From Podospora anserina (Eukaryota), in assembly GCA_017654855.1 (NCBI GenBank), contig CM030335.1:2542001-2606000 (forward strand): 64,000 nucleotides of DNA, given 5' to 3'. The translations under genes were made by a program, and so were the position numbers. The notes under the pieces are model-generated. The model worked only from the letters and a program-made list of their open reading frames with translations. It ran no database searches and was not told where the DNA came from. Positions 1-11,576 of the stretch are shown piece after piece. The stretch's first letter is position 1. Every line of letters starts with the position of its first letter.

Positions 1-1311
1 TGCCTTTCTTCATGCCTCGCTCGGTAGGTTGCCAGGGAAGTTTGTCGCCGCGGACGCGAGCAGGCCCTGGTTTTTGTACTGGTGTCTTAGCGGGTTGGCC
101 ATGTTGGGGGAGGACGTGAGCCGGTATAGGGATAGTGTAAAAGAGACGGCGAGGTCGATGCAGAATGGGAGTGGGGGGTTTGGTGGTGGGGGTGGGCAGC
201 TGAGTCATCTTGCTACGTCGTATGCGGTGGTGCTGGCGTTGGCGATTGTTGGGGTGAGTTTTACTGGATAGAAAATTAAAGAGGGTTTGTTTGCTGATGA
301 TGAAAAAACTTTTTTTTAAAAAAAAATAGGGAGAGGAAGGCTTTGAGGTTATTGATAGGAGGCAGATGTGGAGGTGGCTGGGGGGGTTGAAGCAGAGGGA
401 TGGTGGGTTTGAGGTTTGTAGGGGGGGGGAGGAGGACATTAGGTACGTTGTTGCTATGCTGGGAATGGATTAGGGGTAAAGGGCTGATGATGGATACAGA
501 GGGGCGTACTGTGCAGCTGTTATCATCACGCTGCTCGATCTGCCGCTCGATCTAACTCCCGAATCGCCCGCATATAAACCCGACGACCCGAGTTTTAACC
601 TCCTGTCTGGAGTAGCTGACTACGTTCGACGATGTGAGTGTTCTTTTCTTCTAGCCTCCCCCACTCTCCCACACGAATTTTACCAACATCATTTTGCTAG
701 GCCAAACCTACGAAGGCGGGATATCCTCCTCCCCCTCCGCCGAAGCCCACGGCGCCTACGCCTTTTGCGCATTGGGGTGCCTCTCCCTCCTCGGCCCCCC
801 GAGTATCACCATCCCCCAAACCCTCAACCTCCCCTCCCTTCTGTCATGGCTCTCTAGCCGGCAGTACGCCCCCGAAGGAGGCTTCTCGGGGCGGACCAAC
901 AAGCTCGTTGATGGGTGTTATTCCCACTGGGTCGGGGCGTGCTTCCCCTTGATCGAGGCCGCTCTGGCCAATTCCCCAACTCCGGTGAATGACAGTTTGT
1001 TCAGTCGGGAGGGGTTGATACGTTATATTCTGAACTGCTGTCAGGATGAGACTAAGAGGGGGGGGCTGAGGGATAAGCCGGGCAAGATGAGTGACGCGTA
1101 TCATAGCTGTTATGTGCTGAGTGGTTTGAGCGCGGGGATGCATCAGTGGGTGTTGGAAGACGAGGAGTGGATGGTGCTGCCTTATTTGGAAGGGGAGCAG
1201 GTTTTTGAGAATGCGGATCGGGTGAGGCCGGTGCATCCTGTTTATGTGATCCCGCAAGGGGCGGTGAGGGCGATGAGGGGGTATTTTAGGGGGAAGGGGG
1301 GGTTTAACTGA
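1..1311 (+). CDS. RAM1: Protein farnesyltransferase beta subunit (5'-truncated by window)
   Basis: Exons <1-253, 330-442, 500-633, 701-1311 joined by GT..AG introns; prenyltransferase repeats GGFGGG..SHLATSYA, GGEEDIRGAYC, CQTYEGG..EAHGAYAFC, EGGFSGRTNKLVDGCYSHW, GGLRDKPGK..DAYHSCY. Confidence 0.93.
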
Positions 1312-4300
1312 GTCTTGTGTTTGGTGATGGTGTGGTTGGAAGATATATGTGTGTTGAGTCTGGAAGGGTTTGTACGGGAATAAAATAGGATATGTGTATG
1401 TTTGGTGTAGGTCGTTGGGCCACTGGGATATACGTTGGCAAATGGGATAACATGGTGTCAAAAAGTTATTTTAGTTGCTTTTTGCTTGTGGTCACTGAAC
1501 AGAGGAATGAGAATAAAATGCTGTCGAGAAACAACGCGCATGTTGTCATGGCGAGGGCAGATAAAATTGTGGATTGCTTGTTGTTGGCTTCGGAGTGGAA
1601 ACGTTCTTTGGATTGTCTATCGGCAACCTGTTGCAAACAAGGTTGATGATATGTTGCAAAGTAGGGGACGTCAAAATTCCAAGAGAATGTGGAAGGAAGT
1701 CAAAGAGTTTGTCAAGTGCAGTGAAATCTAAAGTTGCTTGCAGTTGACCTTCAGTCTGGCGAGGAAGAGAAGAGAAGAGCAGAGCAGATATCACGTGTCT
1801 AATCACATTTATTCCGCCGTGACCACCCCAAACCAACCGCTCTCAAAGCAAGAGAGAGATGTCCAAATCCGGTGAAACAAGGGTACTTGATTGGCTGTTT
1901 CATGGCCTCTCTGTACATGTGAGAATCGTTAGCTCGCCGGACGAATACGGATGGCAACAGCAACCTGTCGCCATGATGGTCAGATGAGAAATGAGCAGTC
2001 ACGATCTCACTTCAAGTCTAGAATGAAAATAACATGCAGGTATTTCCTGACTTCTCGTGCCTTCCCATCTGGGGCCGGGGGACATGCACAATGCACGTAT
2101 GACATAGGTGGTGCATTTTGCAGCTAGCTATCAGAGGCAAAAAGGAGGCCTCGGAGGTTTACTCATGTTTCTGCTTCTTTCTTCTGCCGGCAGCGGAGGA
2201 GGTGATGGTGTCACTGGTGTTCCCCCAATGCTTTACTTTGTAAAGATCCCGAGCCATGGTAGCCGTGTATTGCCTGTTGGATGACCTGCATGTACCAATC
2301 TGCCCCCGACTCTGGATCTGGAACTGACGGTGAAGCCTACAGAACTGTCACACGTGCTCATGCTATCTGTCCTACTCTGTGTCCAGAATGAGATAGCAAG
2401 ATAGATAGACATCGCCACTGCAGGCCCATCTATCTCTAGCCTTCTCATTATCCCATCGATGCCGGCAAATCTGAAACCTAGAAAGAGCAAGAAACGGTCA
2501 AGATGAGCGAACGATGGACAGACGTGGCAATCTTGAGGCGCACCCAATACTACCATTGCATGTCTATCTCATGCACGACGCCCCGGACAGACAGATGGGC
2601 TTCTTGCTCCTTTCCTCGTCCCAGCCGTGTCAAGCAAATGGGAACAGAAGGAATGTGTCTTACCACCCTCTCCGCGCCCGACTGGTACTGGTAGTACCTC
2701 CCCCTCTTTTGATGTTCCCATGGGATCGGCTCAGAGGGATGGTCAGCGAAGCCTGGGGAAGTGAGAAAAGCTGGGACTGAAGCATCCACACCGGCTTGGA
2801 TGTCTAAGATCTCATCGTGATTCGGTTTCTGGAATCAGATGGTTGGTTGGTTCCATTGCCCATGTTTTGACGACGCCTGACGCGGAAGCTCGGCATTGGA
2901 AACGAAGAGAACGATGTTCAGGTTGTGGGTCAATGATTTAGTTGAGAGTTGAAGTGAGTGGTCGCTCATCGTGACTCCTCTCATCTGCAGACCCAGGTTG
3001 GATGCTGGGCGTGGGCAGATGGATGCCCGTTTGGAATCCAGCTGAGAGCCCAACGTTTAGCGGTGTCTAACATCAGCTCTTCCGGGGGAAGCAGGAGAAA
3101 GAGAGGAGGATTGTCCTTGCTGGCATTTCTTTCTCCCGGCGTCCCAGACCTGTCGATTTGCTGGATCTGTCCATGGGCCTCGATAATGGGCCCTCCCCCA
3201 GATGGGTCCCGGACGATATCAGTTGATGGCTACCAGTCGCCCGAGGGGGAACAAGAACAACGAAAAAAAAAAAGGTTGCATGGCAGGGCCTCTCTCATGC
3301 ATTCGGACGTTCAGATTCTGTTGTGTAATCTGTTTTGGTTATTATGTGAGCAGAGAAAAACAGAAGGACTCACCTTCGCTGTCACGTCGAGCCGGACCCA
3401 GACCCAGTATGCAGCCCGAATGAAGGCCCAGCCCAGATATCGCCAGGAGAAAAAGACCGAGCAAAGGAGGGGCTGGCAATACGCCGTCTGGTACATAGAG
3501 CCGGCAAAGGCTGCACTGTTGCGAGATGACGTTTGCTTGGACATTCCATGAAGGATGAGGGGTCAGCTTTGCCCCTCCCCCTCACCAACACCTTTTTTTT
3601 TTCCCTTGATTACTGCGGGGTGTGAAAGGACCCCTCCTCCTCCTGCTCAGGTCTTGTCTCCCAATTTGTCAAACACGGACCCGGCCGTGGTGATTCCGCC
3701 GGCACAATACGAGGACCGCGGTGCTGGATGTTGGATGTGTGGCCGTTGCCTTCTGTGCCGAAGGCTGGAAGTTCCAGCATTATCCCAATTGGCCATCCGT
3801 CTCGTTCGGCTTGGAGATGCACACCATTCAGTTTCATCCCGCACATGGGACTCGGTTGTCCGGATTAGGGTTGGGTTTGTGGTGAAGACATTGGATTCAT
3901 TCATGTCATTGAATAGGTACCCATCCAACCTTCCCAATTGGTTGCTCCAGGCTCTTGAGATCTTGCCTTGAATATGGTGGGCAGTCGAACAAGTCCTGTC
4001 CTGCCTTCCTCGTCTGGCTGCCCGTGGCTAATGGAAGGTACGATAAGGATAAGGCTGTGGTAACCTATTAATGCTCTCTTTCCTACCCTGTCAGACAGGT
4101 ACATCTTTTCCCTAGAATAACTCATAAAAAAAACACTCACCTTCCATTCCTTCTCACAACCCCCCCGCTTCTGTACGAGCCATGTACATGCTGCACGCTG
4201 TTGCTGTCGCCGGTATCGATTCGTTCGTCAGTTGCCCCCTCGGCGCCCCGACCCATACTTGGCTTCTTGTTTAATATCAAGAAGCATTGCCAACTCATCA

Positions 4301-6050
4301 TTGCATGAGTGTCAAGGTCGACCAGTGCCTAGTTGCCTTGCGACGTCGCTGGCCACTCAAAAGGCCGAGTTGTCGTTAGGGCCAGACGCAGACAGACGCA
4401 GGCGATGCAAGGGTTTGCCGGCCCCCCCAGCCACTGTTCATGCACCTCATTCCCTCCCTCACCGACTTCCAATGTCCTCTTCTCTTCGAAGCGCCGCCGT
4501 TCGTTTCTTACCGACCTTGTTTGTGAACTGTCGTCCCGAAGATCCAATTGCCCGTCCCTGATTCGTCCGTCCTACTGTGCACTAACACGCGGCCCCACAG
4601 AAACTGTTTCTCGAACCACCACTCTTCGGCGCCGCATCAAATATCAAAAAAAAAAAAAAAAACTTTTGTTTTCTCTGCTGACGATGACGGAAACCTGCCG
4701 TGGGCGAATCGCCATGGCCCGGGTGACGGCCAGCGACGGCTACGGATACCTGGCATCATCACATCGAGATATCGTCACAGATGCTTGACCCCCTGCAATG
4801 TATCTATCTGTAGGTGCTCTTCGGAGAGCTTGTCCACGGCCAACGCTGTTCCTGTGTACACTACCAACCGCTACTTGGTCGATTCGACTGCAGCTGCATT
4901 AGTGGCCGCGCATATGGATCTCGGAGAAGTCTCCCTTCGTCCCTCCTTGTGTCCCCGTCCGTCACTGCGGTGCTCTGATGAGCCGGCATTTCCCTCCAGA
5001 AGCTACAGGGCACCGTTGTCTGTCTAGATGCCCCCGGCGGCACCAGCCCAGCGGCGATATCCCCCAGAGTGCCGCCGAGGTGGACGAGTCGTCCTGTCCG
5101 TTTCCCCTTCCGGTCTACCTGCAGAAGCAGAGACATTGGCCTTCGGCGGTTCCATTTTTGCCACCTTCTGAGAAGGCCATGTCTGCATACAAACGCGCCT
5201 TTTACCCAGAAAAAGCCCGCGGGCCCGCCCAGATCGGACCAAAACAAAAGGGAAGAACGGAGGGGGGTTGGACAGGTGCGGGAGTGGAGGCCGGAGCAGG
5301 GCCAAGCCTGAGAGAAGAATAGCAACATCGAGCATGAGCAAGTGCATCATGGGCCAACAGGACCCATATCCTTTCCCCATACCATACTGGTCGGACTTAT
5401 CAGAGGAGATCTTCCCCTCCAAGTCGATGCATCCCCCCATGTTGATGGGGTGGAGTTGGCCCGGTCTCAGCGGTTGTATCAACTGGCAACGACACACGCC
5501 AACACATCAAGAGGGTCACACTTTGAGCCGCATCTTTTGTCGACATGCATTCGACGACCCTTCCACTCTGTCCGTCTAGCTTTCCGTCCTTTCCCTGCTG
5601 CGTCTGGTGTCTGTATCTGGACTTTTGCCATCCCCCCCGTGCCCCGCACCACCACCGCCCGTCACTGCAATAAAGCACACATGTCTCGCCGTTTCTGGTC
5701 CACGACTTCCCTTCCTGCGTCCGAGCCTTGATACGTAGCATATCTATCAGCCCTGACTTCTCTCACCACCCAAACTCACACCACCCTCTCGTCTGTAGGA
5801 CAAGCTTCCACCTCCGGCCTCTTACTCTCTACCTCCCTCTCTCTATACCACTTCCACCCCCAGCCAGGTTGGGCTCGACTGCATCGCATATCGTACCGAG
5901 TCCCGGATCCAGCCTTGCCGTCCGTTCTTGCTTTATTGCATCGTCCATATTTTCTTTTTTGGCTTCCCGGGACCTGCCAGACGTCTGTTCCACGTCTTGA
6001 ACCTGCCGTGCTTGTCACATTGGGGTCCCATTACGAGCAAATTTGTCACC

Positions 6051-6840
6051 ATGGTTGGCTTCTACATGCAGTACCTGGAGAGTAAGTTCTTCATTGACTT
6101 TCTGGAAGCTCTCTTTCTGGCCTTGCCGTCTAAACACCGTTCCCGCATTGTTCCTGTTGTGGTGGCATGTCGTTGTTGACCAACCCCCCTGCACGACATC
6201 TTCCCACAACATACACACACCTTACCTATGTTCCTGCTTCAGACTTCAGATCCCCAGGCACAGCATCCATCCACCCCCTGGTCATTCATCCCTCGATCCG
6301 GCACACCATGTATACCTGCTGCACCCCATAGGGCTGAGGGGGTTCAGGTTGGGCTGTCATGCAGATCACTTCATGTCAGGCCGTTCTTGCTACCACCTCC
6401 CCCTCCTCCAATACTCTCCCCCTGTAGGAAACGACAATGCCCAACGGCTGAGTATGGGATCGTTCCAGGGCCGTGCTAATCGAGGATGACTTGCAGGTCT
6501 TTGCCGCCGGCGTGGATGGCACGACCCCAGCTACGAGTGCTACCGCGACAGCAGCGGCTACACTTGCCTGGTTCTGGTGAATGGCCGCGAGTACCAGACG
6601 GACCTTGCATACGAATCCGGGAACCTGGCCCAGGAAAACGCAGCCATGCGTGCTTTTATGGTTTGCCGGAACTTTTCAGTCAATGGCGGCATGCTTGCCC
6701 GCAACGGGATCGTCCAGGGGCTGCCTGCCGACGACAGCAGCGTTCGCAAGTCTCGGAAGAGCAGCCGGCACCACCCGTCTACAAGCCACCGCAGGTCTGG
6801 ACACCACTCCAGCAGCAGTTCGACCACCTCTTTGGAGTGA
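6051..6840 (+). CDS. Small (124 aa) protein with a single dsRNA-binding-domain-like fold
   Basis: Exon 6051-6081, intron 6082-6496 (GTAAGT..GCTAAT..TTGCAG), exon 6497-6840. Spliced protein MVGFYMQYLESLCRRRGWHDPSYECYRDSSGYTCLVLVNGREYQTDLAYESGNLAQENAAMRAF matches the dsRBD pattern (L..LC...W..P.Y...Y.C.V.VNG...A...AA..A). Confidence 0.8.
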
Positions 6841-7885
6841 TTCCCAGAGGAGCCGCGTTTCCGCGTGGCGGGAGCAGGGTGGACGTTGGGATTCGCTGAA
6901 TCGCCATGTCTGCCTGCCCCCTTTTGGACCGAACCATTGCCCAGCTTGTGGAACAGATCTCGGGCGACCACTACCACCTGGACATTGGACTGTTATTCCC
7001 CCAATTAAAATCGGAGAAGGCTTCACAGCGAAACACAGTGAGCGAGACCCCGCAGATGATACCTGGATGGTACTGTCCGGTTTTCATCCGGGATCGTTGA
7101 ATTGGTCAGCGGCACAGCGGACTTGATGGAATTTTCCACCAAAAAAAACCATTCTTGCATTCTCACGAAATGACGAAACGATATTTACGACGACATAGAC
7201 AAGCTCGAGCTTTAGCGACCTTTTTTTACCCCATCCCGAGCCTGCCTGGTTCCGGCCTTGGCTTCCCTGATCATATCCACGGTGCATATTTTGGATTTCT
7301 GTTTTGATGACTTTCGCTTCATTTACAAAAGACACGGCGACACTTTTTTCTTCACACACTTTTCCAGCTGGGTATGACAGGACCAGCCGGTTGGGTTTGT
7401 GGGAGAAGGTCTGAGCTAACCGGACACTTGGGGGCAACTCTGGGTGGCCGCAAACACCTCACTGGGCAGCCAACATATCGAGTTTTCTTGCCTCTGGATG
7501 GACTATTACTCTTGGACCAGGGACCTGGCTTACGATTTGGCCTGGAGTTTTCTACTTTTTTTTGTTTTGCACACTCGGTTTCCTTGTTCACACCCTGGGC
7601 TCAGCCTCTCTCTGTCAATGCCGGATTCCTAATTCACACAAGGAGGAGGACAGAGGATTTTTTTGAACGTCTAACCTGTTCACAACCATTTCACTGGGCG
7701 CTTTTTTAGGCCGCATGTTTCGGAGAGGGCCGTTGGTATGTAGCGGAGGGGGGCATTGGACGCTGTTGGAGTCGCGAGGAGTTTTTTCAAAGACTGGAAA
7801 GAAAAAGGTGGAGGAATTCACGTTCTGGCATCAGCGGGAGGCACCATTAAGGACCGCCTTTTCTATGCCCCCTTTTTGGATGATT

Positions 7886-7929
7886 GTGGTGGTGGTGAGG
7901 ATGGTGATGATGATGGTGGTGGTGGTGGT
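7886..7929. repeat. (GGT/GAT)n imperfect microsatellite
   Basis: Direct reading; a second GAT/GGT tract lies at ~8151-8203. Confidence 0.85.
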
Positions 7930-9519
7930 TTAGTCTTTTTCTTTTTTTTCTTTTTACGTTTACGACATGATGATGAATATGATGACCCTTTTAACGACAC
8001 CGTTTATGACGACAAAAAGAGGTGGATTGATCAGAGAAAGCAGAGACAATTTTGATGACTTGAGAAGAAAGATTTATCACGGGAGAAATGAATACACGGA
8101 TTTGAGCACATGGCTGACTCTCCTGATTTTCTTTGCATGTTTTCAGTATGTGATGGTGATAATGGTGATGATGGTGATGATGGTGATGATAGTGATGGTG
8201 ATGTGGCGGATGCCAAAATTTTAACCCCTTTCCAATCCGACCGGTCCGGAACGGGGTCCGAACCCGGCGCCGCGCAACAGTGTTACTAGCTGTATATACG
8301 CCGTGTCGGACCGGGACCGGAGCCGGCCGACGAATGAGAATACGGAGCACGCTAAGGGGGCTTTTTATGTTGTTGGGACGGAAAGTCATGTTATGTTGTT
8401 GGTTGCACAAGGTCACAAGGTCTCGGGGAGCAGCAGGTGACCTCGTGGTGAAGCTTATGTCAAACATGGGCTTTCGTTTTGTTTCATAGGTACGCGACGA
8501 GGTCCCCCAACAAAAGGTGGCTGTGCAGAATTGGGATGTGCATGATTTGAGGGATCTGGGAAGGTATGAACCAGGTTTTTGGGTGTTTGATGTAGATCAG
8601 GGCAGGGCTGGGGAGGGAGGTTTATGGGTTTTTGAGGGCTAGGTGTTGAAGACGCCCATAGTAGCGGAGTATATAACATGTGGGAGAGCAAGGAGTAGCT
8701 AGAGCAGAGCAACACTCGAAGAGCAGACAGAGTCTCATTGATAGCTTCAGCTTGCTCTGAAGAAAAGAGCTCAACCCCCTTCCCCTGAATTCCCCATCTC
8801 TCCCACAGGGTTGAGCTGATGAATGTTGCCCCCAATTTCGCCAGGGGAAATTATGCGGCTTGATTGGCTGCTCAGCTGGCATGTGGCCAAGGAGTACCCC
8901 AGACAATTGGTCGCAGAGCTGAGGAGAAAAGCACGGACCAACCTTCAGCAAAGGCCCCATTTTGTGTTGTCTTAGCTGCTTGCCCGCCAGGGGGAGGGGC
9001 GCCATGTGTTGTGTTGTGGCAGCTGTGGCATGGTCAGTCGGTAGTAGTAGGTGTCCTTAGTTTTTTTTTTTTGTGCTTCCTGTCCTCTCTTCATCATCTT
9101 CGACATCTTCATCACGAACTTCCTTCGGCCTTAATTTTTTATTGTGCGTCGTGTGCGTGTCTCTCCTGATCCGCGCGTATTATATTCATTCTCAAGTTGC
9201 AGTCTGGGCCTAACTCACCACCCCCACTCTTCTCGGACCTTAGCTTCGTGACCTACCTACCTAACTTGGAGCGTGTCATTCCTAATTATAACCTGCTTTC
9301 TTGAGAGGAGCAACAAGAACTTCGAAGGGGCCAGCTTGCTTTTCTCGTTCACCAACTTCCTTTCTTACGCTCGTTGTAAAAGTCGAACCATTTTTTTTAA
9401 TACACCGCAACTACCCGCTTTACGCACTACCCGAGAGCGCGCGCGCAATCGTCAGACGTCGAGTCCATCGTTCACGGTTTAGCGAACCTACACCGAGTTA
9501 TCCCCCTCAACAAGCAATC

Positions 9520-10947
9520 ATGAAGGGTACGTGCCTCTTCTAGACGGACTTATTCAAGATGGACGGGAAAGCTGACTTTGTCCTTCTTCACAGCCCTAAT
9601 TCTCGTCGGCGGCTTTGGCACTCGCCTTCGCCCTCTCGTACGTTCTGTTGCCCTCCCCTCCCTCCATTCCACGCTCCCTTTCGATGGTGCCCAACACATC
9701 ACGAACCAACACCGGCGATCTAGCCCCCCTCCCTCCCCACACCGGCGGGCCTTCACCATTGATACGAGAGACCGTTGCGACTTCACCGTTCAGGAAACCT
9801 CGAGTAGCTAACCTTTGTATCGCTCATCAGACTCTGACCCTCCCCAAGCCTCTGGTCGAGTTCGGCAATAAGCGGATGATCCTGCACCAGATCGAGGCCC
9901 TTGCAGCTGCTGGTGTTACCGACATTGTATTGGCTGTCAACTACCGCCCCGAGATTATGGAGAAGTACCTGGCCGAGGTTTGTCCAGTCCCACACCACTA
10001 CATACCAAAGTGACAAGCCCACTAAGATGCATCTTCTTTCTCAAACACAGTACGAAAAAGAATTCGGCATCAACATCACCATCTCGATCGAATCCGAGCC
10101 CCTCGGCACGGCCGGCCCGCTCAAGCTCGCCGAGGAGGTGCTCCGTAAGGACGACACCCCCTTTTTCGTGCTCAACTCGGACGTGACGTGCGATTACCCC
10201 TTCAAGGAGCTCGCCGCCTTCCACAAGTCGCACGGCGACGAGGGGACCATTGTCGTGACCAAGGTGGAGGAGCCCTCCAAGTACGGCGTCGTGGTTCACA
10301 AGCCGGGGCACCCGACCAAGATTGACCGCTTCGTCGAGAAGCCGGTCGAGTTTGTGGGCAACAGGATCAACGCGGGCATGTACATTCTCAACACGTCGGT
10401 CCTTGACCGCATCGAGCTGAGGCCCACCTCGATCGAGCAGGAGACCTTCCCCGCCATGGTGAAGGACGGGCAGCTGCACTCTTTTGACCTGGAGGGCTTT
10501 TGGATGGACGTCGGGCAGCCAAAGGATTTCTTGACGGGGACGTGCCTGTACCTGTCGAGCCTGGCGAAGAAGCAGAGCAAGCTGCTGACCCCGACGACGG
10601 AGCCGTTTGTGTACGGGGGGAACGTGCTGATTGACCCGAGCGCCAAGATTGGGAAGAACTGCAGAATAGGGCCCAACGTGACGATTGGGCCGGATGTGGT
10701 GGTGGGGGATGGGGTGAGGCTGCAGAGGTGTGTGCTGCTCTCGGGGGCCAAGGTGAAGGATCACGCTTGGGTGAAGAGCACGATTGTGGGGTGGAACAGT
10801 GTGGTGGGGAGGTGGGCGAGGTTGGAGAATGTGACGGTGTTGGGGGATGATGTGACGATTAGTGATGAGGTTTATGTTAATGGGGGGAGTGTGCTGCCTC
10901 ACAAGACGATCAAGGCGAATGTGGATGTGCCGGCTATTATTATGTAA
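9520..10947 (+). CDS. MPG1: Mannose-1-phosphate guanylyltransferase (GDP-mannose pyrophosphorylase)
   Basis: Exons 9520-9526, 9594-9637, 9831-9977, 10051-10947 give [53 protein letters not shown] and a C-terminal hexapeptide beta-helix (PSA1/MPG1 orthologue). Confidence 0.97.
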
Positions 10948-11111
10948 GGGCGGGGTTTTGAGGGGACAGAAATGGGGGGTTTATATGGGATTGTAATTCA
11001 TGGTATTCTGGGAGGGCTGGGAGCAGTTGGGTGGGAAAGGGGCCCAGGTTATTTTTTTTTCTTGTGAAATTTTTTTTTGTTTTTTTGTTTGAGATGTTAT
11101 AAGATTTTTTT

Positions 11112-11117
<6 letters not shown>

Positions 11118-11175
<58 letters not shown>
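11118..11175. repeat. (GA)n microsatellite
   Basis: Near-perfect GA run between the convergent MPG1 and HIR1 3' ends. Confidence 0.95.
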
Positions 11176-11316
11176 AATGGAAACACTCCACACACATTTG
11201 ATGTTGAGATATATTCAAGCTATTTGGTGATGGGTGATTGGGTGTTGAAGAACCAATGTATACAGACGGTGACAATAGGAGGGCAAGGATTAGCAAAGAA
11301 TAGTATGGTAATATAT

Positions 11317-11343
11317 CACCACCACCACCACCACCACCACCAG
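11317..11343. repeat. (CAC)n microsatellite
   Basis: Direct reading. Confidence 0.9.
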
Positions 11344-11576
11344 CAACCAGCCCCTTTTTATGTCAAAAGCCCATGATAGCAAAACCCCGCCCTTGTTGCG
11401 CCAATTCTCCAAACCCACCCATCCACCCGTCCTTTCCCGTGCTGATAAAAGCCCATAAATAATTGCTGAATAATTCTACAAAAAAAAAGCCCTTGCTATA
11501 GGTGTCCTAGGCATTTATCCCCAACTCCTTTGCGAAGCCACGTCGTCGTGTTGATGCTTGTGATGGTAGGTAGTGA

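Noticed and set aside
9955-10902. Long antisense ORFs over genes (e.g. 9955-10902, 20367-21356, 24882-26162, 52216-53016, 55862-56746)
   Set aside because: Mirror frames of codon-biased or low-complexity genes, with no independent motifs or splice signals
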